This document shows positions 16,874-25,388 of a DNA stretch of 32,000 nucleotides, in pieces. The stretch comes from Flexibacter flexilis DSM 6793 (GTDB taxonomy: Bacteria; Bacteroidota; Bacteroidia; Cytophagales; Flexibacteraceae). The first letter of the stretch is position 1. Each line of letters starts with the position of its first letter. Both the position numbers and the translations under genes were made by a program. Location: assembly GCF_900112255.1 (NCBI RefSeq), contig NZ_FOLE01000004.1, positions 243,819 through 275,818 on the forward strand. The letters run 5' to 3'. Under the pieces are notes generated by a model, which saw only the letters and a list, made by a program, of their open reading frames with translations, had not been told where the DNA came from and searched no databases.

Positions 16874-18613
16874 TTAGATACCGCACACGGAAATATTGCT
16901 AACTTCTTTGATAATCTCGCCTTTTTCGTCGTACAAGTGTACCGCGCAAGCAATACAAGGGTCGAACGAGTGAATAGTTCTGATGATTTCCAAAGGAAGT
17001 TCAGGATCAGCCACAGGCGTGTTGAGCAAAGTATGTTCGTAAGGCGAACGTTGGCCTTTCGGGTCGCGTGGAGAGGCGTTCCAAGTCGAAGGTACTACTT
17101 GTTGGTAGTTTTCTACTTTGCCGTCTTTTATCACAATCCAGTGGCTTAGTGCACCGCGTGGAGCTTCTGTAAGACCTACGCCTTTGGCTTCTTTTGGCCA
17201 AGTGGCAGGATCCCATTTTTCCATATTGGCCATGCGTGTATCGCCATTTTTGATATTGTTTACCAAAATATCGAAAAATTCCAGATTCCATTTGGCTACC
17301 AATTGGCTTTCCAAAGCACGTGCCGCCGTTCTGCCCAAAGTAGAGAATAAAGCCGTTGCAGGCACTTGCAATTTAGCCAATGCACCATCAATGATTTCTT
17401 TAAACTCTTCTCTACCAGCCGCATAACCCACCAACAAACGCGCCAATGGCCCTACTTCTACGGCCTGACCTTTCCAGCGTGGCGTTTTGATAAAGCTGTA
17501 TTTTTGGTTAATGTCCAAATGCGTGTACGGAGGTTTAGGCCCTGTGTAATTGATGTTGGTTTGGCCTGCCCAAGGTTGAAGTCCCGCGTTTACATCACCA
17601 CCTGCATAATCATACCAAGAGTGATTTACGTGTTCTTCTACCGTTTTCAGGTCGCGAATGTCCAAGCTATGCAACTTGCTCAAATCGCGGCCAAGAATCA
17701 CACCCGACGGGAATTTGAATGTGTTAGGGTTGGTGTTGTGGTGTCCTTGCATCGGGAAATCACCGAAAGCCATGAAGTTATCAAAGCCACCGATTGAACC
17801 CCAATCTTTATAGAAACTTGCAATTGCCATTACATCTGGCACATATACTTGCTCCACAAAACGTTGTCCTTCTTCTAACAATTGTCTTACGAAAGCCAAA
17901 CGTTCGGCGTTCAAGCCGCTGGCATCATCGGTATTTACGGCGCAAGCCATACCACCCACCAAAAAGTTAGGGTGAGGGTTTTTACCACCGAAAATAGCAT
18001 GAACTTTCACGATTTCTTTTTGCCATTCCAAGGCCTCAAGGTAGTGCGCCGTGGCCATCAAGTTGGCTTCTGGTGGCAATTTCATGGCTGGGTGTCCCCA
18101 ATAACCATTGGCAAAAATGCCCAACTGTCCGCTTGCTACAAACTTTTTGAGTCTGGTCTGGAGGTCAGAGAAATAACCTGGAGAACTTTTTGGCCAGTTA
18201 GAAATAGACTGCGCCAACTGCGACGTTTTCACGGGGTCTGCGCTTAGGCCACTCACCACGTCCACCCAGTCGAAGGCGTGTAAGTGATAAAAGTGTACTA
18301 CGTGGTCGTGCAGATACAACGCGCCTTGCATGATGTTGCGCACCATTTCTGCATTTGGCGGAACTACAATGCCCAAAGCATCTTCCACCGCACGCACCGA
18401 AGTCGTGGCGTGAGTGCCCGTACAAACGCCACAAGTACGTTGCACGAAAGCCCAAACATCTTTCGGGTTTCTTCCTTTTACAATATTTTCAAGTCCCCTT
18501 ACCATCGTAGATGACAAAAATGCGTCTTTGATAGTGCCGTCCGAAATCTCTACTTCGGCTCTCAAGTGCCCTTCTATACGGGTAATGGGGTCAACTACAA
18601 TTCTATCAGCCAT
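16874..18613 (-). CDS. hyaB: [NiFe] hydrogenase large subunit, group 1
   Basis: The start is placed at MADRIVVDPITRIEGHLR (18613), internal to ORF 16874-18754. The L1 motif is RTCGVCTGTH. The C-terminal DPCIACAVH is followed by a 20-aa extension that the HyaD protease would remove. Confidence 0.95.
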   Translation of the reverse strand: MADRIVVDPITRIEGHLRAEVEISDGTIKDAFLSSTMVRGLENIVKGRNPKDVWAFVQRTCGVCTGTHATTSVRAVEDALGIVVPPNAEMVRNIMQGALYLHDHVVHFYHLHAFDWVDVVSGLSADPVKTSQLAQSISNWPKSSPGYFSDLQTRLKKFVASGQLGIFANGYWGHPAMKLPPEANLMATAHYLEALEWQKEIVKVHAIFGGKNPHPNFLVGGMACAVNTDDASGLNAERLAFVRQLLEEGQRFVEQVYVPDVMAIASFYKDWGSIGGFDNFMAFGDFPMQGHHNTNPNTFKFPSGVILGRDLSKLHSLDIRDLKTVEEHVNHSWYDYAGGDVNAGLQPWAGQTNINYTGPKPPYTHLDINQKYSFIKTPRWKGQAVEVGPLARLLVGYAAGREEFKEIIDGALAKLQVPATALFSTLGRTAARALESQLVAKWNLEFFDILVNNIKNGDTRMANMEKWDPATWPKEAKGVGLTEAPRGALSHWIVIKDGKVENYQQVVPSTWNASPRDPKGQRSPYEHTLLNTPVADPELPLEIIRTIHSFDPCIACAVHLYDEKGEIIKEVSNISVCGI

Positions 18614-18644
18614 TTTAATTTGTTGTATTTGTGTGATAACCAGA

Positions 18645-19766
18645 TTATTCTTCGTCCAATTTTTTCTCTGTTTCGATGGCCGCACCGATTCGGCGGTCAA
18701 GGTCACGTTTTTTAGAGAAGTTAGACACCAAAGCGTGCGCAGCCAAGCCCGCACCTACTGCACCAAGTGCGTATTTGCCTACAGTGTCGGCTGTGGCTTC
18801 TATACTGCCGCCGATGGCTTTGTCGCGGTCGTAGAAACTGCCAGCATCCCAGAAGTTCTTTTCGCTACAACCAATACAGCCGTGTCCCGATTGGATTGGG
18901 TAACTCACGCCACCGTTCCACTTCATGTTACCGCAAGCGTTGTAAGTAGATGGCCCTTTGCAACCCACTTTGTACAAGCAATAACCTTTTTGTGCGTTTT
19001 CGTCGTCGAAAGTTTCGGCAAAAAGACCCGCATCAAAATACGGTCTTCTGTAACAGCTATCGTGTACACGTTTAGAATAGAAGGCTTTCGGACGGCCTGC
19101 GTTGTCCAACTCAGGCAATTTGCCGAAGGCTACCACGTGCACGATAATACCCGCCATTACTTCCCCGATTGGCGGACAGCCCGGTACGTTAATAATTGGT
19201 TTATCAGTAATAATTTTGTCGATTGGCGTTGCTCCCGTTGGGTTTGGCTTAGCAGCTTGCACGCAACCCGTTGTAGCACAGCTTCCCCACGCAATAATTG
19301 CGGCAGCACCTTCAGCAGATTCTTTCAAAATATCCAGCGCAGAACGACCACCAATACAACAATACTGACCTTCCGCACCCATTGGCACAGAACCTTCTAC
19401 ACAAAGAATATATTTTCCTTTGTATTTGTCCATCGTTGCTTTTTTGGCGGCTTCGGCTTGGTGGCCAGATGCAGCCATCAGCGTAAGGGTATAATCAAGC
19501 GAAATTTTATCCAAAATAATATCAGCCACAATAGGATGGTCTGAACGGATAAACGATTCGCTACAACAGGTACACTCTTGGAAGTGTTCCCAAATAACTG
19601 GCAATCTTGGAGTTGTTTCAAGCGACTTAGCAATTTGACCAATTGCTGTGCTTTCCACACCCATATAAGCCCCAATAAACGCCACGAACTTCAAGAAATC
19701 CCGACGCTCGTAACCCTGCCGCTCAATGCTTTGCAGATAGGTTTCATTGTTGGTTTTATCTGGCAT
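18645..19766 (-). CDS. hyaA: [NiFe] hydrogenase small subunit with Tat signal and C-terminal membrane anchor
   Basis: The twin-arginine motif is RRDFLKF (19686-19706). By hand alignment the mature part is collinear with E. coli HyaA ([27 protein letters not shown]; [14 protein letters not shown]; PGCPP). The C-terminal TM is [16 protein letters not shown]. Confidence 0.95.
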   Translation of the reverse strand: MPDKTNNETYLQSIERQGYERRDFLKFVAFIGAYMGVESTAIGQIAKSLETTPRLPVIWEHFQECTCCSESFIRSDHPIVADIILDKISLDYTLTLMAASGHQAEAAKKATMDKYKGKYILCVEGSVPMGAEGQYCCIGGRSALDILKESAEGAAAIIAWGSCATTGCVQAAKPNPTGATPIDKIITDKPIINVPGCPPIGEVMAGIIVHVVAFGKLPELDNAGRPKAFYSKRVHDSCYRRPYFDAGLFAETFDDENAQKGYCLYKVGCKGPSTYNACGNMKWNGGVSYPIQSGHGCIGCSEKNFWDAGSFYDRDKAIGGSIEATADTVGKYALGAVGAGLAAHALVSNFSKKRDLDRRIGAAIETEKKLDEE

Positions 19767-19982
19767 AATGTTTCTATTAGTTTTTTGTGTTTCGATAAAA
19801 ATTTGCTACCTCTACACGCAGCGTACAGGCAACCTAAAAATTAAGTAAAAAATGGTGTTTTAAAATAAGACAAAAAGAATTTCGGAAAACATGATACACA
19901 CCCATAGATTTACAGACTTTTGTCATGTTTAGCAAAAGATTTTATCAGTTGCTTTGTGGGTAAGTTTTCAGAATTTAGTAAA

Positions 19983-20324
19983 ATGCACGAATTATCAGTT
20001 GTTACTTCTATTGTGGATACCGCCAGCCGTGAAACGGCTAAGATTCAGGGTGTTGCGGTACAAGAAATTTTTTTAGAAATTGGCAAACTTTCGGGTGTTG
20101 AGCTTGCTTCTTTCCATTTTGTATGGCCACAGTGTATCAAAGGAACGGTCTTGGAAAATGCTTTGTTACACATCGCAGAACCCGACGGGAAAGCCAGATG
20201 CGCCGAATGCGAGCAGTTTTTTCCCATAGAAAAACTCTACGACAGTTGTCCGCATTGTGGCAGCCCTTTCAAAGAAATTGTGGGCGGAAAAGAGCTCCGT
20301 ATCAAAAAACTTATCATCAATTAA
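19983..20324 (+). CDS. hypA: Hydrogenase nickel-insertion protein HypA
   Basis: It has the MHELSV N-terminus and the zinc site CAECEQ...CPHCGS. Length is 113 aa. The start is internal to ORF 19920-20324. Confidence 0.9.
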   Translation: MHELSVVTSIVDTASRETAKIQGVAVQEIFLEIGKLSGVELASFHFVWPQCIKGTVLENALLHIAEPDGKARCAECEQFFPIEKLYDSCPHCGSPFKEIVGGKELRIKKLIIN

Positions 20325-20336
20325 ACCATTAAATTT

Positions 20337-21260
20337 ATGTGCACTACTTGCGGTTGCAGTTCTACGCAGAACGGCATTACTTATCATAAAATAGACGCTC
20401 ACGCACACGGCCAAGACGGTCATCATCATGATCACGACCATGCGCACGGCGAACATCATCACCACCATGACCACGAACACCCGCACGACCATAGTAACGG
20501 GCATCATCACCATCACGGACATGAGCATACGCATGACCACAGCCATTCACACGACGGTCATCATCATGACCACGACCATGCGCACACGCATCACCACCAC
20601 GGACACGAAGTGAATATCGTGGAACTTGAAAAAGATATTTTGCATAAAAATCAACTCTCAGCCGAACGCAACAGAGGTTATTTTGAAGCACTCAATATAT
20701 TTTGTTTGAATTTGGTAAGCTCACCAGGTTCGGGCAAAACTTCCTTTTTGGAAAAAACTATCGGCGACCTAAAAGGCAAAGTAGCGTTTTCGGTAATTGA
20801 AGGTGACCAACAAACCAGCAACGACGCGTTGCGCATTCACAACCTCAATGTGCCTGTGGTTCAAATCAATACGGGCAAAGGTTGCCACTTGGACAGCGAC
20901 ATGGTAGCCACTGCCGTAAAACAACTAAAGCCTGCTCAAAACTCGGTGCTAATGGTGGAAAATGTCGGCAATTTGGTTTGTCCTGCCATGTTTGACTTGG
21001 GCGAAGCCTCGCGCGTGGTGGTTATTTCCGTAACCGAAGGCGAAGACAAGCCGCTCAAATATCCTGATATGTTTTACAGCTCGCAGGTGTGTATTATCAA
21101 CAAAATTGATTTGTTGCCGTACCTAAAATTTGACCTTGAAAAGCTGAAAGAAAGTGCTTTGAAAGTTAATCCGCGCCTCAAATTCTTTGAAGTATCGGCC
21201 ACGACGGGCGAAGGCATGGAGGCTTGGTACGAGTTTTTACAACAATCTTTAAACAAATAA
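20337..21260 (+). CDS. hypB: Hydrogenase nickel-incorporation GTPase HypB with a long His-rich Ni-storage region
   Basis: It has the N-terminal MCTTCGC high-affinity site and roughly 40 His in ~75 residues (hand count). The G3E GTPase core follows (SSPGSGKTS, ENVGNLVCP, INKIDL). Confidence 0.95.
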   Translation: MCTTCGCSSTQNGITYHKIDAHAHGQDGHHHDHDHAHGEHHHHHDHEHPHDHSNGHHHHHGHEHTHDHSHSHDGHHHDHDHAHTHHHHGHEVNIVELEKDILHKNQLSAERNRGYFEALNIFCLNLVSSPGSGKTSFLEKTIGDLKGKVAFSVIEGDQQTSNDALRIHNLNVPVVQINTGKGCHLDSDMVATAVKQLKPAQNSVLMVENVGNLVCPAMFDLGEASRVVVISVTEGEDKPLKYPDMFYSSQVCIINKIDLLPYLKFDLEKLKESALKVNPRLKFFEVSATTGEGMEAWYEFLQQSLNK

Positions 21261-21266
21261 TAGCGT

Positions 21267-21509
21267 ATGTGTTTGGCCGTACCCGGTAAATTGGAGAAAA
21301 TTGTGAGCGAACTCGACGAGATTTTCCGTATCGGAGAAGTTTCTTTTGAGGGGATTCGCAAAGAAGTAAATCTCGCGTTGGTGCCAGAAGCTGCCATCGG
21401 CGATTATGTATTGGTACACGTGGGGGCTGCCATTGGTGTAATTGATGAAGCAGAAGCGCATCGTACTATGCAGATACTCAAAGATATGGGCGAAGATTTG
21501 CCCCAGTAA
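21267..21509 (+). CDS. hypC: Hydrogenase assembly chaperone HypC
   Basis: It has the MCLAVPGKL N-terminus (essential Cys2) and is 80 aa. Confidence 0.9.
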   Translation: MCLAVPGKLEKIVSELDEIFRIGEVSFEGIRKEVNLALVPEAAIGDYVLVHVGAAIGVIDEAEAHRTMQILKDMGEDLPQ

Positions 21510-21516
21510 TTTTTTT

Positions 21517-22536
21517 ATGAGCAAAAATACAGCAGCAGACATTATACATTTGCATCACGGTAGCGGCGGCCAACACATGACCGCCCTACTCAACGATGTG
21601 ATTTTCAAACATCTGGACAACCCGACACTGGCCACGCGCCACGACGGGGCATTTCTGAATTTGGGCGGCGGCACGTTGGCATTCTCTACGGATAGTTACG
21701 TGATTAGCCCTATTTTTTTTAAAGGCGGCAACATCGGCGAACTGGCCGTAAACGGCACCGTGAACGACCTTTCGATGTGCGGCGCAGAACCCAAATACTT
21801 ATCGTTGGCTTTTATTATCGAAGAAGGTTTGAGCCTTGCAGCGTTTGAGCAAATCGTTATTTCGATTAAAACAGCCGCACAAAAAGCAGGTGTACAGGTA
21901 GTTACGGGCGACACCAAAGTCGTAGAGCGCGGCAAAGGCGACAAAATTTATATCAATACGTCGGGCATTGGCGTGGTACGCCCTACGGCGGCCATTAGTT
22001 CGGCGCGTATTGCGGCGGGTGATGCGGTGTTGGTGAATGGCGCGTTGGCGGCGCACGGCATGGCCATTATGTCGCAGCGCGAAGGCTTGAGTTTCGAGAG
22101 CGAAATTTTGAGCGATACGACCAACCTCAATTTTGTAGTAAAAGAATTGATAGAAACCTTTGGCGACAAAATCAAGTTTTTGCGCGATGCCACACGCGGC
22201 GGCTTGGCTTCTGTGCTAAACGAAATAACGACAGATTGCCAACTGGGAATCAATTTGTTAGAAAAAAATATACACGTAGATACCGCCGTAAAAAGTGCCT
22301 GCGAGTTGCTTGGCCTCGACCCCGTGTATGTGGCCAACGAAGGCGTTTTTGTTTGCATCGCGGAGGCCTCGGTACAAGAAGAAGTCTTGGCGGTTTTGCG
22401 CAAATATCAGCCTGCGGCCATGATATTAGGCAATGTTACGGAAGAACATCCTTCCAAAGTAATTATGACGAGTGCTTTCGGTGGCAAACGCGTCGTAAAT
22501 CCGTTGGTAGGCGAGCAGTTGCCGCGTATCTGCTGA
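21517..22536 (+). CDS. hypE: Hydrogenase maturation carbamoyl dehydratase HypE
   Basis: It has an AIR-synthase-like fold (HGSGG, GDTKVV) and the C-terminal PRIC motif. The start at MSKNTAAD (21517) is internal to ORF 21442-22536. Confidence 0.95.
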   Translation: MSKNTAADIIHLHHGSGGQHMTALLNDVIFKHLDNPTLATRHDGAFLNLGGGTLAFSTDSYVISPIFFKGGNIGELAVNGTVNDLSMCGAEPKYLSLAFIIEEGLSLAAFEQIVISIKTAAQKAGVQVVTGDTKVVERGKGDKIYINTSGIGVVRPTAAISSARIAAGDAVLVNGALAAHGMAIMSQREGLSFESEILSDTTNLNFVVKELIETFGDKIKFLRDATRGGLASVLNEITTDCQLGINLLEKNIHVDTAVKSACELLGLDPVYVANEGVFVCIAEASVQEEVLAVLRKYQPAAMILGNVTEEHPSKVIMTSAFGGKRVVNPLVGEQLPRIC

Positions 22537-22557
22537 AATATAACATCTCAGCAATAA

Positions 22558-22602
22558 AAAGCAATCAGTTATTTACAAGACCCCTCAATAACTGATTGCT
22601 TT
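22558..22602 (+). terminator. Hairpin downstream of hypE
   Basis: A 15-bp perfect stem AAAGCAATCAGTTAT / ATAACTGATTGCTTT has a 15-nt loop. The T tract is weak. Confidence 0.4.
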
Positions 22603-22772
22603 TACTGAACACATAGAACATTTTTATTTATGTTATGTGTTGCAATGCTAAAATATTACAAGCTAAATGAACAAATTGCATAGAAAGCTACAAATATTGA
22701 TTTTGACTTACATTATTTACTAACAATACTTAACAATTCCTTAACAAATATTTTACATTTAAAAAATAGCAC

Positions 22773-22780
22773 TATATTTG
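22773..22780 (+). promoter_or_regulatory. -7 box TATATTTG upstream of the Lys/Ala-rich protein gene
   Basis: This is a perfect TAnnTTTG match, 30 nt upstream of the ATG at 22810. Confidence 0.35.
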
Positions 22781-22809
22781 CAGCAGTTTTCTAACTTAAT
22801 TCTAATTTT

Positions 22810-23115
22810 ATGAAATCTGACAAAAAAAATTACAAAGCATTAGTTGCTCAAATAGAAGCATCTGTCGCTAAGTTAATTGATGAATTGCACGCTGAAGCAG
22901 CTGGCCGTATGAAAAAAACGACCAAAACTGTTGCTAAAAAGTTGGCGGTCAAGCTTGAAAAAGTAAACAAAAAGCTCAACGCGAAAGCTGAAAAGCAAGA
23001 ACGTAAAGCGAAAAAAAAGGCAACTAAAGTAGCTCCTAAGGTAGCGCAACCGACAGCAAAAGCGGCGGCAGCTCCTGCTAAAACTACGAAAGCAGAACCA
23101 ACAAGCAATAAATAA
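22810..23115 (+). CDS. Lys/Ala-rich basic protein, histone H1-like
   Basis: 101 aa with a C-terminal half of KKAxK/AKAAAAPAK repeats. It is preceded by a promoter box and followed by a terminator. The functional assignment rests on composition only. Confidence 0.5.
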   Translation: MKSDKKNYKALVAQIEASVAKLIDELHAEAAGRMKKTTKTVAKKLAVKLEKVNKKLNAKAEKQERKAKKKATKVAPKVAQPTAKAAAAPAKTTKAEPTSNK

Positions 23116-23156
23116 AAAGAAGAATAAAGAAGAAATCTCATAACCAAATCATACGA

Positions 23157-23190
23157 AAAGCAGGTCAATATGTTTGACTTGCTTTTTTTT
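23157..23190 (+). terminator. Intrinsic terminator
   Basis: AAAGCAGGTCAA-TATGT-TTGACTTGCTTT forms the stem with one G-U pair. The 3' arm runs directly into TTTTT, giving 8 consecutive T in all. Confidence 0.6.
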
Positions 23191-23276
23191 ATTTCTAATA
23201 ATATTAAATTTGTTTACGAAAAGTACAACATTGAATTTTAGGGCTTAATGGGCTAAGTTTTTCAGTATTTATACTT

Positions 23277-23284
23277 TAGCTTTG
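23277..23284 (+). promoter_or_regulatory. -7 box TAGCTTTG upstream of the REC gene
   Basis: This is a perfect TAnnTTTG match, 43 nt upstream of the ATG at 23327. Confidence 0.35.
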
Positions 23285-23326
23285 CCTATACATTATTACA
23301 TTTTTAATGAAAAAATTTAACTTATC

Positions 23327-23707
23327 ATGAACCGCCAGCTATTTGTAATAGAAGACAACAGAACGGAGGGAATGTTATTTAGAATTGCTTTAGGGGCAAT
23401 TCCTAACCTTAATATTCGATATTTTGCAGACGGCAAAAGTCTCTTAGAAGCCATGCCTGAAAATCCTGCGATTGTATTAGCAGACTTAATGTTGCCTGAT
23501 ATTAACGGCTACGAATTAGTAAAAACAATTAGGGAACAATACCCTCAGTCTCGCGTCATTGTGGCCTCAGCCCAACGCGATATAGATTTAATTGCCAAAA
23601 TCCAAGAATTAGGGGTATTTAATTATTTGGTTAAAAGTGAAGGGTGTCTGAACTATTTACAACAGGTGGTCAATGACTTACTAACGCTTCTCAACAACAA
23701 GCAATAA
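23327..23707 (+). CDS. Stand-alone response-regulator receiver (CheY-like) domain
   Basis: It has the acidic pocket IEDN, the phospho-acceptor region VLADLMLPD, and a conserved K in YLVKS. Length is 126 aa. Confidence 0.85.
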   Translation: MNRQLFVIEDNRTEGMLFRIALGAIPNLNIRYFADGKSLLEAMPENPAIVLADLMLPDINGYELVKTIREQYPQSRVIVASAQRDIDLIAKIQELGVFNYLVKSEGCLNYLQQVVNDLLTLLNNKQ

Positions 23708-23761
23708 CCACAAAACTCAAAACACATTCACGCTTTCTTAGACTAAAATAAATCAAACTTC

Positions 23762-24346
23762 ATGGACACGAGTGATTATTTAACTACCCACCAATACCAA
23801 GCTGTGGTACTGGGTGGTTCGGCTGGCAGCATTAGGGTTGTTTGCGACATTCTCCGAAAATTACGTCCAGATTTCCAACTTCCGCTCATTATCGTATTGC
23901 ATCGCTCGCCACAAAGCGAGTCGGGTTTAGGAAAAGTGTTTGAACCGCACAGCCCCCTGCCCATTATTGAGCCTAAAGTTAAAACGCGCATTGAGAATGG
24001 GAATGTTTATTTAGCCCCCGCCGATATGCACCTTTTTGTAGAATCAGCAGACTATTTGAATACAGACCAATCTGCCTTGGTGCAATATTCGCGCCCTTCG
24101 ATAGATGTGTTATTTTTCTCTGCTTCAGAGATTTATCAAAATCAATTGCTGGGAATTTTGGTAACAGGAGCTAACAGAGATGGCGCAATGGGCATGAAAC
24201 TAATAAAAGATGCGGGTGGCTACACCGTAGTACAAGACCCCGCCGAGGCGACCATCGACTATATGCCAAAATCTGCGATGGAACTTTCACCTATCGACCA
24301 AGTTTTGCGAGCTACCGAAATCGCGGAACTACTCAATAAACTCTAA
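23762..24346 (+). CDS. CheB-type protein-glutamate methylesterase catalytic domain, stand-alone
   Basis: Triad contexts are GGSAGS (Ser), IVLHRSP (His) and TGANRDGAMG (Asp). Length is 194 aa. It is in the same reading frame as the REC gene. Confidence 0.85.
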   Translation: MDTSDYLTTHQYQAVVLGGSAGSIRVVCDILRKLRPDFQLPLIIVLHRSPQSESGLGKVFEPHSPLPIIEPKVKTRIENGNVYLAPADMHLFVESADYLNTDQSALVQYSRPSIDVLFFSASEIYQNQLLGILVTGANRDGAMGMKLIKDAGGYTVVQDPAEATIDYMPKSAMELSPIDQVLRATEIAELLNKL

Positions 24347-24411
24347 TGATAGGTTTTTCTTATATGTTTCTTTAAATTGCTTCATTGTTCTAACATATAC
24401 CAAATTAGAAA

Positions 24412-25290
24412 ATGAAGCAATTTTTTTGTTTAGGCCTCACCCTATTGATTGGCCTTTCGCTCCAAGCCCAAATGCTCAACGACCCCGTTTACGTGAATTG
24501 CACGTGGCAACCGCGTACAGACATCAAAAACGCCAATAGCACACTCTCGCAAGTGGCTTTAGAAATGGGCGTAACCATGCCGTTGCTTCAAAAAACGCAA
24601 ACTAAATTATACCAAAGCGTGTATTATCGAAATTCGAATTTTTCGCATAAAAATATTGGTTTACAAGCATTTAGTACCATTCATGACGCACGTTATACGC
24701 TTACTTTGCGCCAACAACTGTACAAAAATTTTGATGTGTTGGTCATGCCACGCTTGCTATTGCGTAGCGATTTGCGTCAAAGCGTTTCGCATAAAGATTT
24801 GTTTTATGCGGGCGTTGTATCCGTAAACTATGCCGTATTGGGCAACCCGAATTTTAAAATTGGCGTGGGTGCAGCCCTCAACAACGACTTTAGGCATAAT
24901 GCTATTATTTTGTTTGGTATGCTCACCTACTACGCTCCCAAATGGCGCGTAGAAATTACGCCCCTGACAGCAAATGTGGCCTACAAGCTCCAAAACAAAT
25001 GGGAAGCAGGCTTATTTGTGCATATAGACGGAGCACTTTCGCACATCAAATCCGTGCCTTTGGCCGATGGTAGCGAAAGCCAATATTTGCGTAATTATCA
25101 GATTTTAGTTGCGCCTAACCTTACTTATCCCGTTTACAAAAACATCATGGGACATCTGAAAATTGGCGTTGCGCCATCGCGTAATTACCAATACGTCGAT
25201 AACGATTTTGAAAAAATAGCCTCAACGCTTCAAAAAATGAATAATTCGTTTTTTGTGAAGGCTGGTTTTAGCTTCAGAATCAATAATTAG
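24412..25290 (+). CDS. Secreted protein, probable outer-membrane beta-barrel of unknown family
   Basis: It has a signal peptide (MKQFFCLGLTLLIGLSLQAQ), an alternating hydrophobic pattern, and a C-terminal FFVKAGFSFRINN. Confidence 0.5.
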   Translation: MKQFFCLGLTLLIGLSLQAQMLNDPVYVNCTWQPRTDIKNANSTLSQVALEMGVTMPLLQKTQTKLYQSVYYRNSNFSHKNIGLQAFSTIHDARYTLTLRQQLYKNFDVLVMPRLLLRSDLRQSVSHKDLFYAGVVSVNYAVLGNPNFKIGVGAALNNDFRHNAIILFGMLTYYAPKWRVEITPLTANVAYKLQNKWEAGLFVHIDGALSHIKSVPLADGSESQYLRNYQILVAPNLTYPVYKNIMGHLKIGVAPSRNYQYVDNDFEKIASTLQKMNNSFFVKAGFSFRINN

Positions 25291-25388
25291 TCTTAAAAGT
25301 GCGTTAAAACCAAACAAATACTATTTGTGTTATGGGAATAGTATCGGATATTTGTGCGCTATTTATTATACTAATTGTCATCGAATAA

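Noticed and set aside
16112-17149. 345-aa + strand ORF
   Set aside because: It is entirely antisense to hyaC and hyaB, which have unmistakable family motifs. Its translation is Arg/His/Val-rich with no recognisable domain. This is a typical shadow ORF of a well-conserved gene.
18414-19544. 376-aa + strand ORF
   Set aside because: It is antisense to hyaA and the 5' end of hyaB. The sequence is low-complexity (Thr/Arg/Phe-rich), with no motifs and no promoter context.
20166-20546. 126-aa Met/Val-rich - strand ORF that looks like a multi-TM peptide
   Set aside because: It is a mirror image of the HypB His tract: CAT/CAC codons read as ATG/GTG on the other strand. This is a compositional artefact.
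22848-23168. 106-aa - strand hydrophobic ORF
   Set aside because: It is antisense to the Lys/Ala-rich gene, so AAA/GCN codons read as Phe/Ala-rich. The + strand gene has a -7 box and a terminator, and this ORF has neither.
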